Position numbers and translations under genes: made by a program. The notes below the pieces were generated by a model. The model was not told the origin of the DNA. It searched no databases and saw only the letters and a list, made by a program, of their open reading frames with translations. This document shows positions 11,562 to 22,115 of a DNA stretch of 64,000 bases, in pieces. Position 1 is the first letter of the stretch, and the number at the start of each line of letters is the position of its first letter. Source of the stretch: an uncultured delta proteobacterium (GTDB taxonomy: Bacteria > Myxococcota > Myxococcia > Myxococcales > Myxococcaceae); assembly GCA_963771175.1 (NCBI GenBank), contig CAVYSY010000056.1, positions 96,001 through 160,000 on the forward strand, in the 5' to 3' direction.

Positions 11562-14129
11562 ATGCTGCGCGAGTGGGTACTGACTGCGGGAGTGCTGTGG
11601 GCGGGGGTGTCGGCGGCGGCGGTCGAGGGTCCAGGGCGCACCCAGTTCCTCCACGCGGCGAGGGCGAGCGGCCCGGTGGTGGTGGACGGCCGGCTGGACG
11701 AGGACACGTGGACGAAGGCCCCCGTCTTCGACGGCTTCGTGCAGCGCTTCCCGGACGCGGGCAAGGCCCCCAGCGAGCGCACCGAATTGCGCGTCCTCTA
11801 CGACGACCGGAACGTCTACGTCGCCGTCACCAGCCACGACTCGGAGCCGGCGCTCATCAACCGCAACCTGGGGCGCCGGGACAGCGACCTGTACTCGGAC
11901 CGGGTGCGGGTGCTGCTGGACACGACGCACGACCACCGCACGGCCTACGTCTTCACGGTGAACGCGGGCGGAGTGCTGTCGGACGGCCTCTACTATGACG
12001 ACCGGCAGTACAGCGCGGACTGGGACGGCGTGTGGGACGCGGCGGCGGACACCATCGAGGGTGGCTGGGTGGCCGAGTTCGCCATTCCCCTGTCGTTGCT
12101 GCGCTTCCCCGACGTGCCGGAGCAGACGTGGGGCTTCTCGGTGCGCCGGGAGATCGCCCGCAAGAACGAGGAGCTGGAGACGGTGGACAACCCGCGCACC
12201 AGCAACGCGGTGGTGTCGCGGCTGGGCCACCTCACCGGCCTGGAGAACCTGAGGCCGCAGCGGGCGGTGGAGCTGGTGCCGTACCTCGCGGCGCGCACGA
12301 TGGCCCGGCCCCAGTTCTCGGACGCGGCGAGGCCCTGGCCCCGGCTGATGGACCCGTCGCTGGACTTCGGCCTGGACTTCAAGACGGCCCTGAGCAGCAA
12401 CCTGGCGCTGACGGGCACCCTCAACCCGGACTTCGGCCAGGTGGAGGCGGACCAGCTCATCCTCAACCTGTCCACCTTCGAGGCCTTCTTCCCGGAGAAG
12501 CGCCCCTTCTTCACCCAGGGCATGGAGCTGTTCAACCCGGTGGGCGGACAGGGCGGGCCGCAGACGCTCTTCTACTCGCGGCGCATCGGCCTGGAGACGC
12601 CCATCCTCGGGGCGGTGAAGCTGACGGGCACGGTGACCGAGGGCGTGGAGGTGGGCCTGCTGGACGCGGTCGTCACCGGGCCGTGGATGCGGGACGTGGA
12701 CGAGGAGCGGCCGGACCGGAGCGTGGGCCTGCACCTGACTCGCCCGCTGCACCTGGGCCCCAACAACGCGCTGCCCACGGCCCCGGCGGTGCCCATGAAC
12801 TACCTGGCGGCGGTGGTGCGCGGGAAGGTGGGCTCGGGCTCGCGCGTGGGCGGCATGGTGACGATGGCCACGCCCCTCACCGGCCCCTGCTCGGCCGAGG
12901 ACGCGGCGCTCGACGAGGAGCTGCGACCCGTGCCGTGCCTGGCGCGGTCGGGCAACGCCGCGGCGGTGGACTTCGACCTGAAGACGGCGGATGGGGAGTA
13001 CGGGCTGATGGGGCAGCTCGACGGCTCGCAAACGGTGGGCGGGCTGCCCGAGCGCACGCTGCGTGACGGCACCGTGCTGCGCCGGGGAGCCACGGGCTTC
13101 GGCGGCTACGTGCGCGCGGGGAAGTTCGGCGGCGAGGGCTTCCGCTGGGACGTGGGAGACGACTTCTCCTCGCCCACGCTGGACCTCAACGCCACGGGCT
13201 TCCAGCGCACGCAGAACGAGCACGCGCCGCGCCTGTCGCTGCGCTACCAGCGCCCCAACGGGATGGGGCCGCTGAAGGCCTACTTCGCCAACTTCAACGC
13301 GGGCACGCGGTGGACGACGGACGGCCGGGGCATCAACCGCGGGAGCTGGGTCAACTTCAACACGACGGCGCAGCTCCCGAGCTTCGACAGCATCGCACTG
13401 GAGCTGGGCGCGGACGTGGGCGGCTGGGACGTGCGCGAGCTGAAGGGCTCGGGCGTGCCGCTGGAGAACCCGAACGCGGCCTTCGTGGCGCTCATCGGGG
13501 ACACCAACGAGAACCGGCGGGTGGCGGCGGGAGGCTTCGTGGCACTGGCGCGCCACTTCCAGGCGGGCCCGGTGGCGCCGGATTGGGGCTGGCAGGCGAA
13601 CCTCTATGGAACGGTGCGGCCGCACCCGGCGCTGGAGACGCGGCTGGAGCTCTTCCTGGACCGCACCACCACCGGACCGCGCTTCATCGAGGACCTGGGC
13701 GACCAGCGCTTCCTGCTGAGCCCGCTGCTGTCGGACACGCTGTCGCTGACGCTGCGGCAGCAGTGGGTGGTGACGCCACGGCTGACGCTGCAGGGCTATG
13801 CGCAGCTCTTCACCGCGTATGGCGCCTACGGCACCTACTACGAGGGCATGTCCGACGCGGCGCGCTCGCCCATCCGCTTCGCCAGCCTGGTGCCGGTGGA
13901 GCACGAGAACACGGACGACTTCCACGATGTGGGGCTGAACCTGAACCTGGTGCTGCGCTGGGAGTACCGGCTCGGCTCGACGCTGTACGTGGTGTACACG
14001 CACGGGCAGCAGCGCTTCCCGGTGGCCGACGGCGCGCATCCGCCCCGCACGCTGATGCCCCAGGGGCTGCTCGCCGGCGCCGCCAACGACGCGCTGATGG
14101 TGAAGTGGTCCTGGTACTGGGGCGCGTGA
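11562..14129 (+). CDS. CBM9-like/DUF5916-family secreted or outer-membrane protein
   Basis: Signal peptide; VVDGRLDE..W; GWVAEFAIP; LNPDFGQVEAD; FFPEKRPFF; LFYSRRIG; C-terminal beta-strands ending KWSWYW. Confidence 0.8.
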   Translation: MLREWVLTAGVLWAGVSAAAVEGPGRTQFLHAARASGPVVVDGRLDEDTWTKAPVFDGFVQRFPDAGKAPSERTELRVLYDDRNVYVAVTSHDSEPALINRNLGRRDSDLYSDRVRVLLDTTHDHRTAYVFTVNAGGVLSDGLYYDDRQYSADWDGVWDAAADTIEGGWVAEFAIPLSLLRFPDVPEQTWGFSVRREIARKNEELETVDNPRTSNAVVSRLGHLTGLENLRPQRAVELVPYLAARTMARPQFSDAARPWPRLMDPSLDFGLDFKTALSSNLALTGTLNPDFGQVEADQLILNLSTFEAFFPEKRPFFTQGMELFNPVGGQGGPQTLFYSRRIGLETPILGAVKLTGTVTEGVEVGLLDAVVTGPWMRDVDEERPDRSVGLHLTRPLHLGPNNALPTAPAVPMNYLAAVVRGKVGSGSRVGGMVTMATPLTGPCSAEDAALDEELRPVPCLARSGNAAAVDFDLKTADGEYGLMGQLDGSQTVGGLPERTLRDGTVLRRGATGFGGYVRAGKFGGEGFRWDVGDDFSSPTLDLNATGFQRTQNEHAPRLSLRYQRPNGMGPLKAYFANFNAGTRWTTDGRGINRGSWVNFNTTAQLPSFDSIALELGADVGGWDVRELKGSGVPLENPNAAFVALIGDTNENRRVAAGGFVALARHFQAGPVAPDWGWQANLYGTVRPHPALETRLELFLDRTTTGPRFIEDLGDQRFLLSPLLSDTLSLTLRQQWVVTPRLTLQGYAQLFTAYGAYGTYYEGMSDAARSPIRFASLVPVEHENTDDFHDVGLNLNLVLRWEYRLGSTLYVVYTHGQQRFPVADGAHPPRTLMPQGLLAGAANDALMVKWSWYWGA

Positions 14130-14134
14130 CCCTT

Positions 14135-14169
14135 TGCACGAATGTTCAACCGGATTTAACATTCGTGCA
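14135..14169. promoter_or_regulatory. 12-bp perfect inverted repeat overlapping the AbiEi start codon (candidate autoregulatory operator)
   Basis: TGCACGAATGTT-N11-AACATTCGTGCA. Confidence 0.7.
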
Positions 14170-14765
14170 TGCAGGCAGCGCGCCCAAATCCACCCAATTG
14201 GGGGCAGCTCTACGAAACCGCCCTCGGTCAGGGGGGCTACGTCACCACGCAGCAGGCCCAGGAGGCCGGCTATTCCCTGCCGCTCCTGACCCACCACGTG
14301 AAGCAGGGACGCCTGCAGCGGGTACGGCGCGGCATCTACCGCCTGACGCATTACCCGGCTGGCGAGCAGGAAGATCTGATCGTGCTCTGGCTGTGGACCG
14401 AGCAGCAGGGCGTCTTCAGCCACGAGACGGCGCTAGTGCTCCAGGATCTCTCGGACGCCCTGCCCGCCGTGTACCATCTCACCCTGCCCGCGGCATGGTC
14501 GCGTCGACGGCTCCGTGTCCCGGAGAATGTACGGCTGTACTACGCGGACGTCAGTGAAACGGATCGACGCTGGGCTGGTACCGTGCCCATCACCTCGCCC
14601 ATTCGCACGCTCGTTGATTGCGCAAGCGCAGCAGTACTTCCCGAGTTCATTCACGACGCCTACAGGCAGATCCAGCAACGGGGTCTCGCTGATCCTGACG
14701 AACTACGAGAACGGTTATCTCCCTTGCTCAAAGGAGACGTCCTCTTGAGTAGACTGCTTGAGTGA
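14169..14765 (+). CDS. Type IV toxin-antitoxin AbiEi-family antitoxin / transcriptional regulator
   Basis: wHTH pattern QGGYVTTQQA..G..GRLQRVRRGIY; SHETAL; C-terminal TSPIRTLVD; visibly lower GC than its flanks. Confidence 0.85.
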   Translation: MQAARPNPPNWGQLYETALGQGGYVTTQQAQEAGYSLPLLTHHVKQGRLQRVRRGIYRLTHYPAGEQEDLIVLWLWTEQQGVFSHETALVLQDLSDALPAVYHLTLPAAWSRRRLRVPENVRLYYADVSETDRRWAGTVPITSPIRTLVDCASAAVLPEFIHDAYRQIQQRGLADPDELRERLSPLLKGDVLLSRLLE

Positions 14766-14908
14766 TGCGCGGACTCGGGTGCGCGCGGCGGTAGACGCAA
14801 GGTCCCCGCAGTGTCCTTCCCCGATGCGAGCCAGGGAAGGTGCTCTGCGTGGAGGCGCCCTCGTTCCCGCTTGCGTGCGCGACGGCTCATCCTCCAGCCT
14901 CGTGCGCC

Positions 14909-16483
14909 ATGAACCTTCGCGTGCTGCTCGCTTCCGCCCTCCTCCTGCCCGCCTGTGCGGCCCAGAGAGCCTCGACCACGCCCACCCCGGCGCCGGAGCC
15001 CTCGGCGGCCCCGGCCCCCTCTGCCTCGGTCCCGGTGGCCCAGGGGACTCCGGTGGCGCCTCCCACCGGCCTTCAGCAGCAGGACGGTCCCATCGGCACG
15101 CCCCACCCCTTCATCTTCCAGGCCGCCGCCACCGACGGACGCTGGGTCGTCGCCTGCCAGGCGCGCGAGGACTCGAACGGCGACGGCAAGGTGGAGGTGC
15201 GCTACGGCCAGCACGGCGACACGAGCGGTGACGCGCTCGCCCCCTACCTGTTCCTCGACCCCGGCGCGGGCGAGCGGCTCGACGACTTCCTCACCGCGGA
15301 CCCGACCGACCGCTACCTCGTGGTGGTGCGCGGCGGCTCGCTCCGGCTGCTCGACACGTACACGCGACAGGACACCGAGCTGGCCCCGCCCGGTGGGTTC
15401 CCCGACAGCACCACCCCCGCCTCGCCCCTGCCCGTGTCCTTCTCCCAGGACGGCCGGCGCCTGCTCGTCATGCGGAGCGGGCCGGACAAGAAGCTCCAGG
15501 CCGTCCTCCTCCACCTGGAGGACGGGAGCCGCCACGAGGTGCCGCACGGCCCCGGAGAGTTGGGCCAGGCCTCGCTCTGGGACGACGGCACGTGGGCGGA
15601 GTTCGGCGTGCTCACCCAGGACACCGATGGCGATGGCACGCTGACGTGGCCCCTCATCAGGACCTCGCTCTCGCCCCGGTTCTGCCGGGGCCCCATCAGG
15701 TCCTACAGCCGGTATGGCTATGACGGAGACAAGCCCTCCTTGGTGGTGCGCCGGGTGAGCGGTGGTCCAATCCTCCAGGCGGATGACATCCTCCGACCGC
15801 TGGGCGACTCCTTGCTGCGCCGGGACGAGCAGGGCGAGCTGTTCGTCGAGGACGCCTCGGGCCAGCGCACCCCGTGGGTCCCCGCGAGCTGCCAAGGCAC
15901 CATCCTCCACGTGGACGTCGAGCGCGAGCAGCTCCTGGTGGCCTGCACCGCGCGGGGGAACGCGCTCGAGCTGCACGGCGCCCAGGTCCACCTGTCGCTC
16001 GGGTTGTCCGTCGAGCCCGCGAGCCGGGACTTGCTCTCCGGGGAGCCCACCTTGTTGTTCCCGGTCACGCCCGCCGCCACTGCCGAGGGCACGCGAGCCC
16101 AGAGCGTGGTGGACCTGGAGAAGCGCACCGTGCACCCGATTCCGGTACCGGGCGAGGTGAGATACACGGAGGGAACTCGCGCCCTGGTGTTCCAGTACAC
16201 CGGGCCCGAACGGCAGACGTACATGCGGTGGTTCGTGGACGTCGGCACCGGGGAGCAGCGCGAGCTCGGCGAGCAGGAGGGGTACAAACTCAAGGTGGCG
16301 GGGCCCTTCGTCTACGCCCCGGGCCTGTTGGTGGACATGCGCACCGGCCAGCGCGTCGGCACGGTGGACGGGGACGTGGCGGCCCTCGACTCGCGCGGGC
16401 GCGTGCTGCGCCCCGGCAGCGACAGGGAGCCGCAGGCCCCGCTCGGTCCCTTTCAGTGGACCTCCGTCGCGACGCCGCGCTGA
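14909..16483 (+). CDS. Putative lipoprotein, beta-rich, with DxDGDG Ca-binding-like motifs
   Basis: Lipobox LLPAC; Pro/Ala linker; DSNGDGK and DTDGDGT motifs. Confidence 0.7.
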   Translation: MNLRVLLASALLLPACAAQRASTTPTPAPEPSAAPAPSASVPVAQGTPVAPPTGLQQQDGPIGTPHPFIFQAAATDGRWVVACQAREDSNGDGKVEVRYGQHGDTSGDALAPYLFLDPGAGERLDDFLTADPTDRYLVVVRGGSLRLLDTYTRQDTELAPPGGFPDSTTPASPLPVSFSQDGRRLLVMRSGPDKKLQAVLLHLEDGSRHEVPHGPGELGQASLWDDGTWAEFGVLTQDTDGDGTLTWPLIRTSLSPRFCRGPIRSYSRYGYDGDKPSLVVRRVSGGPILQADDILRPLGDSLLRRDEQGELFVEDASGQRTPWVPASCQGTILHVDVEREQLLVACTARGNALELHGAQVHLSLGLSVEPASRDLLSGEPTLLFPVTPAATAEGTRAQSVVDLEKRTVHPIPVPGEVRYTEGTRALVFQYTGPERQTYMRWFVDVGTGEQRELGEQEGYKLKVAGPFVYAPGLLVDMRTGQRVGTVDGDVAALDSRGRVLRPGSDREPQAPLGPFQWTSVATPR

Positions 16484-16716
16484 CTCCACGGGTGCCGCCC
16501 GGGAGGCGACCGGGCGGGCACGCTTCGAGGACCCCGGTGCATATCCGCCACCGCCTGCCGTCCAAGCCCGTGAATGCCATCTTCAACATTCAGTCCTGAG
16601 CCCCCGTGCACGTGGGACGTGCGGGAAGACCCCCTCTGGGCTATGGGTTCCCCCGCCTGCCAGTCCGAGCTCCGTGCAACCCCTCGAGGAGAGCTCGCTG
16701 GAGGAGGTACCGAGTG

Positions 16717-19426
16717 ATGTCCGAACAGCAGCCAAAGAAGAAGCGCTGGCCCTATGTGGTGGGCGGCATCGTCCTGCTCCTGGTCGTGGTCGTGGCGGTC
16801 GCCCTGTGGCGGCTCGACGCCTTCCTGCTCCAGCGCGCCCGCACCGAGGCCGCGCAGCTCTCCGCAGCAGCTCGGCCGGCCGGTGGACATCGGCGACATC
16901 TCCACGCAGCTCGTCCCCCACGTGGGCGTCGAGGTGGAGAACGTGGTGGTGGGCGCCGCCGAGGGGGAGCAGGTGCCCCTGGCGGAGCTGAAGCGGCTCG
17001 ACGTGAGCGTGGCGCTCTGGCCGGCGCTGACGTCGCGCGGCCAGGACATCCAGGTGAAGAACGCCGAGGTCTCCGGCCTCACCGTCAACGTCGTCCGGCT
17101 GCCGGACGGCACCACCAACGTCGCGCGGCTGCAGGAGCGGCTCGCCCAGCAGCAGCCGAAGGAGGAGCCTCCCGCCGAGGAGCAGCCACCGAAGGACCTC
17201 TCGGGCGTGCACGTGGACCGGGCGGCGCTCACCGACGCCACCATCCGCTTCATCGACCGCGGCGGCGCCCAGGCGCGCGAGCTGGCCATCTCCGACCTCG
17301 ACGTGGAGGTGAAGGACCTGCGCGCGGGCAAGCCGCTGGAAGTGAAGCTCGATGCCGCGGTGCTCGCGGAGAAGCAGAACTTCCACATGATGGCGCGGAC
17401 GGCGCCGCTGCCCAATACGCTCACCCCGGTGCCCGAGCGCGTGGAGCTGAAGTCCGAGCCCATCGACCTCACGCCGCTGGGGCCCTTCCTCGGCCCGGAC
17501 GTGGGACTGCAGGCGGGCCAGGTGCAGGCGGACTGGACGGCCGAGCTGGGCGCGGCGGTGCCCGGCGGCAACGGGCCCACGAAGCTGACGGGCGGCCTGC
17601 GCGCCCAGGGCCTGCGCTTCGCCGGCGCCGAGGGCGGCAAGGCGCTCGATGTCGTACTGGACACCAACGTCTCCGGCGACCTGCAGAAGGGTGACCTGTC
17701 GCTGGAGAAGCTCCTGGTGGAGCTCGGCCCGGCGCGCATCACCGGCAAGGGCCAGGTGAAGGGGCTGCTCACCGAGACACCCGCGGTGCAGGGCTTCGAG
17801 CTGGTGGGCCAGAACCTCGACCCGGCGGTGCTGGCCGAGTACTACCCGCCGCTGCGCAAGCAGCTCGCGAACCAGGTGGCCGGCCCCATCGGTCTGGTGG
17901 TGCGCGGCGGTGGCACGGAGCAGTCGCAGGCGCTGACGGCGGAGGTGGAGCTGACGCCGGTGCGGCTGCGCATCCCCGAGCAGCTCTCCAAGGAGGCGGG
18001 GGCGCCCATGCGGCTGACGGCCCGGCTCACCGGCGCCGCGGCCAGTGGAGGCGCGCTGCGCTTCGACGCGAAGACGGACCTGACGGGCGTGGACATGCGA
18101 CCGGGGCTGCTGCTGGACAAGCCTCCCGGCCAGCGCTTCACGGTGGACACGGCGGGCACGTACCAGCCCGAGCAGGGCCAGCAGGCGATGAAGGTGGACC
18201 TGAGCCGGCTGAACGTGGCGCTGCTGGACTCGACGATGACGGGCACGGCGTCGTACGCGCAGGCGGGCCGGGGCACGAAGCAGACGAAGACGTTCGCCCT
18301 GGCGCTCAAGAGCCCGCGGCTGAACGCGGACGAGCTGCTGATGACGGACGAGGAGATCGCCGCCGTGGCCGGTGGCGTGCCCCAGGCCGGTGGCGTACCC
18401 CAGGAGGAGCCCGAGGACCCGAAGCGCTTCAACGGCATGCGCGGAGACATGCGGTTCGAGATTGGCGCGCTGCGGATGAGCGGGATGGACCTGTCCAACA
18501 TGGTGGCCGAGCTGAAGATGGTGGACGACCTCATCACGGTGGAGCGCTTCACCACGGGCATCTACGGCGGCACGGTGTCGGCGAACGGGAGCACGGTGCG
18601 GCTGGGGCCCGCCCCCGAGCAGCGCCCCTTCGAGCTGAAGGCCGAGGTGCGCGGCATGGACGTGGCGCAGGCGATGTCCAAGCAGGTGCCGAGCAAGGTG
18701 CTGGAGGGGAAGTTCGACGGGAAGATGGACCTGGCGGGCGTGGGCTACTCGATGGAGAGCCTGCAGGAGCGACTCGCCGGGGCCATCGACGGCAACCTCC
18801 TGGGCGGGGTGTTCACCGGCATGGACATCCCGGCGACGGTGTCCGCGCCGCTGGTGAAGGCGCTGCCGTTCGCGGGCAAGGCCCTGACGAACGAAGGCGT
18901 GACGCAGCTCGCGGAGCAGCTCCCGTTCGGGGTGACCATCAAGAACGGCGTGGCGCAGCTCTCCAAGCCGATTACGTGGACGCGGCCCGAGGCGGCGATG
19001 AGCTTCGACGGCGGCATCCGGCTGGACGGGACGCTGGACCTGGTGGGGACGGTGGACCTCCAGCCGCCGCTGATTGAGAAGATCACCCTGGGCCGGGCGA
19101 AGCCGACGGGGCCCGTGCCGGTGGCGCTGAAGCTGACGGGCAAGGCGTGGAAACCGGAGGTGACGGGGCTGGACGTGAAGCCGGCGGCGATGGCGATCGC
19201 CAAGATGGCGGCGGCGAGCGCGGCGACGGAGCTGCTGGGTGAGAAGGGGAAGAAGGCGGGGGAGATCATCACCGGCGGCACGAAGGCGGCGGAGGACGCG
19301 GCGCGGGCCGAGGCGGAGAAGCGCCAGAAGGAAGTGGAGGAGAAGGCCCGCCAGGAAGCGGAGGCCGCGCGCAAGCGGGCCGAGGAGGAGGCGAAGAAGC
19401 GCCTCAAGGGCATCTTCGGGCGTTAG
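16717..19426 (+). CDS. AsmA-family protein (one frameshift near 16862)
   Basis: GGAGG RBS; N-terminal TM anchor in the frame of 16606 joining the long beta-rich ORF 16754..19426; LGRPVDIG, GTTN, IYGG motifs; charged helical tail. Confidence 0.8.
18368..18403 (+). repeat. In-frame 18-bp tandem duplication (AGGVPQ x2) in an AsmA linker
   Basis: GCCGGTGGCGTGCCCCAG followed by GCCGGTGGCGTACCCCAG. Confidence 0.8.
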
Positions 19427-19443
19427 CGTAAGCTGGAACCACG

Positions 19444-20529
19444 ATGCCCACCACGCTCGACCGGATCGAAGTCGAAGGCTTCAAGTCCATCCGCCAGATG
19501 CGGCTGGATTTGAAGCCATTGAACGTGCTCATCGGCGCGAACGGTGCCGGGAAGAGCAACTTCATCTCGGTCTTCGGGCTGCTCCGTCACATCGTCGAGG
19601 GCCGTCTACAGTTCTATGTAGCGCAAGCAGGAGGCGCCGATTCCCTTCTGTACTTCGGACGGAAACGAACCTCATGGATGAAGCTGCGTTTCAGTTTCGG
19701 GGATACTGGGTACGAAGCGCAGCTTGCGCCATCTGCGACGGATTCCCTGTTCTTCGAAGAGGAGGCGTACGGGTTACCCATGCTCGGGCATCCTCAAGCT
19801 CGGATGGCGATGGCTACTGGTGCAGGAGAGACCGATCTACTCATTCAGGCGCCACACTTTCCCCCAGCGCAGCTGATTCTTGAGCACCTACAAAGCTGGC
19901 GCGTCTACCACTTCCACGACACCAGCGCGTCCGCGAAGGTGAAGCAGACGGGAGATATCGGAGACAACGAGGCACTTCGTGCCGACGCCTCGAACCTCGC
20001 GGCCTTCCTGTTCCTCCTGCGCACGAAGCATCCCGAGAATTACCGCCGGATCGTCTCGACCATCCGGCTCGTCGCGCCCTTCTTCGACGACTTCCGGCTA
20101 CGCCCCAGTCCGTTCAACGAGCAGAAGATCCAGCTCGAATGGTCCGAGCGCAGCTCCGATGCCTACTTCAATGCGCACGCCCTCTCGGACGGGACGCTGC
20201 GCTTCATTTGCCTCGCGACGCTGCTGCTCCAACCCAACCTGCCCTCCCTCATCCTCATCGACGAGCCGGAACTGGGGCTGCACCCGTACGCCATCCAGGT
20301 CCTGGCCGGGCTCGTCCGGAGCGCATCGGAAAAGACACAGGTCATCCTCTCCACCCAGTCCGTATCCCTGGTGAACCAGTTCGCCCCCGAGGACCTCGTG
20401 GTCGTCGATCGCAGCAATGGCGAGTCCGTCTTCCGCCGCCTCTCGCCGGAGGACACGAAGGATTGGCTCGAGGACTACAGCCTCGGGGAACTCTGGGAGA
20501 AGAACGTCTTTGGCGGGCGGCCTGGCTGA
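19444..20529 (+). CDS. ABC-type ATPase (AAA_15/AAA_21-like)
   Basis: GFKSI, Walker A GANGAGKSN, signature LSDGT, Walker B ILIDEPELGLHP, STQS. Confidence 0.9.
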   Translation: MPTTLDRIEVEGFKSIRQMRLDLKPLNVLIGANGAGKSNFISVFGLLRHIVEGRLQFYVAQAGGADSLLYFGRKRTSWMKLRFSFGDTGYEAQLAPSATDSLFFEEEAYGLPMLGHPQARMAMATGAGETDLLIQAPHFPPAQLILEHLQSWRVYHFHDTSASAKVKQTGDIGDNEALRADASNLAAFLFLLRTKHPENYRRIVSTIRLVAPFFDDFRLRPSPFNEQKIQLEWSERSSDAYFNAHALSDGTLRFICLATLLLQPNLPSLILIDEPELGLHPYAIQVLAGLVRSASEKTQVILSTQSVSLVNQFAPEDLVVVDRSNGESVFRRLSPEDTKDWLEDYSLGELWEKNVFGGRPG

Positions 20530-20532
20530 GCC

Positions 20533-21193
20533 ATGAAGCGCGTCCTCATCCTCGTCGAGGGACAGACGGAAGAGACCTTCGTCCGAGAGGTGCTCGCTCC
20601 GCACCTCCTCGCCCGGAACGTGGCACTGACGCCGACGATCCTCGCCACCAGGCGGGTCAAATCCGGAGGCCACTTCAAGGGAGGAGCCACCAGCTACGCC
20701 AAGGTGCAGGGTGACCTGCACCGGCTGCTCAAGGACACCGGCGCCGAGCGCATCACCACGATGCTCGACTACTACGGCCTCCCCGATGATTTCCCGGGGC
20801 TGACGGACAGACCCACGGGCACCTGCTACCAGCGTGTCGAGCACGTCGAGCGGGCATTCCAGGCCGACATCGCCCACCCGCGCTTCCTGCCGTACCTCGC
20901 GCTGCACGAGTTCGAAGCCCTGCTCTTCACGGACCCGGCGCGCTGCGCCTGGATCTTCGTCAGACGCCCCCGGAGCCATCGAGAGCATGAAGGACACCCG
21001 TGCCCGAGTGGCCTCGCCCGAGGAGATCAACGAGGGCCCGGCGACAGCTCCTTCCAAGCGCATCCTGCAAGCCTTCCCCAGTTACCAGAAGACGCTGCAC
21101 GGGCCGCTGGCCACCATTGAGTACGGGCTCGCCCCCCTGCGTGCGGCCTGCCCTCACTTCCACGCTTGGGTGTCAGCCCTCGAAGCACTCTGA
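20533..21193 (+). CDS. DUF4276-family TOPRIM-like protein (one frameshift near 20959)
   Basis: ILVEGQTEETF, TTMLDYYGLP, HEFEALLF, then in the next frame PEEINEGPATAPSKRI, YQKTLHG, CPHFHAW. Confidence 0.85.
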
Positions 21194-21215
21194 GCCAAAG
21201 CCCTCGCCGCCCCTC

Positions 21216-21863
21216 TCACGGGGCCGCGGTGGCGATCCGGGCCGAGCTCGACTCCGCGGTCGCCGGCCCGCTCTGTCTCAACAGGAACTCGCGGACGGCC
21301 TCGTGATCCGGCTCGGTGGTGAGGAACACCTCCGGGCTCGCGTCCCGCAGCAGCCCCACGTTGAGCACGTGCTTGCAGTAACCCCAGTTGCCCGTGTCCC
21401 AGTAGCTGAGCCGCTCGTTGTAGACGGCTCGGCCCCACTCGCCGGGCGCCACGCTCAACAGCTCCTCGTACTGGTTGCCCCGCGCCATCTCCCAGCTCCA
21501 CTCGTGCGCCCCCGGCAGGCCCATCCGCCCATGGTCGAGCAGCACCCGGACTCCCTCCTCCGTCCGCTCGACCCGGAAGGCCTCCACCTCCTCGAAGAGG
21601 CTCCGACCGCTCCGGATCCGCGAGCCCTCCCGGGGCAGGAACTGGTTCCTCTCGGAGAAGTAGATGTGGTGGATCCTCAGCGTGCCGTCCTCCGGGCCCA
21701 GCCACGCCTCGGGGAGCACCCGCGCCCGCGGCGTCGTATTGCGCAGCCGCGCTCCCGGTCCCCCTCGCGACTCCTTCGTCCACTCGGTCGTGAGCAACTG
21801 CACGACCAGACCAGAGATGCCGGTGCTCGCATGGGGAGTGCGTCGGTTTCGGTGCCGAGCCAT
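21216..21863 (-). CDS. Hypothetical protein
   Basis: GGGAG RBS before ATG 21863; ordinary globular composition; family not recognised. Confidence 0.6.
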   Translation of the reverse strand: MARHRNRRTPHASTGISGLVVQLLTTEWTKESRGGPGARLRNTTPRARVLPEAWLGPEDGTLRIHHIYFSERNQFLPREGSRIRSGRSLFEEVEAFRVERTEEGVRVLLDHGRMGLPGAHEWSWEMARGNQYEELLSVAPGEWGRAVYNERLSYWDTGNWGYCKHVLNVGLLRDASPEVFLTTEPDHEAVREFLLRQSGPATAESSSARIATAAP

Positions 21864-22115
21864 GGTGTGACTCCCAGACGGGGCGATTCCCCAGAACGGA
21901 CGAGGGGCCCCTGCCCTCGTGCTTCCCCGGGCGGACACACACCCGGCCCTCTCATGCAGGGACGAAGTATCCGCAACCCCAGCAATCCCGACGATCCCCC
22001 CTCGTGCTTTCCGGGCCGAGAAGGGCGCTCAGCGTCAGAGGCTCAACAGTGCGCCCCTGTCCCCGGCCCCGAGCCAGGTGGCGTGAGGCCTTGCTCGCTC
22101 CTGGCCGGCTCTAAA

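Noticed and set aside
19444..20529. ATPase as the cognate AbiEii toxin of the AbiEi gene at 14169
   Set aside because: It lies 4.7 kb away, has its own coupled partner, and is not a nucleotidyltransferase.
21914..22015. Short direct repeat CCCTCGTGCTT(C/T)CC(C)GGG in an intergenic gap
   Set aside because: Two short GC-rich copies only; no enclosed element or target-site logic.
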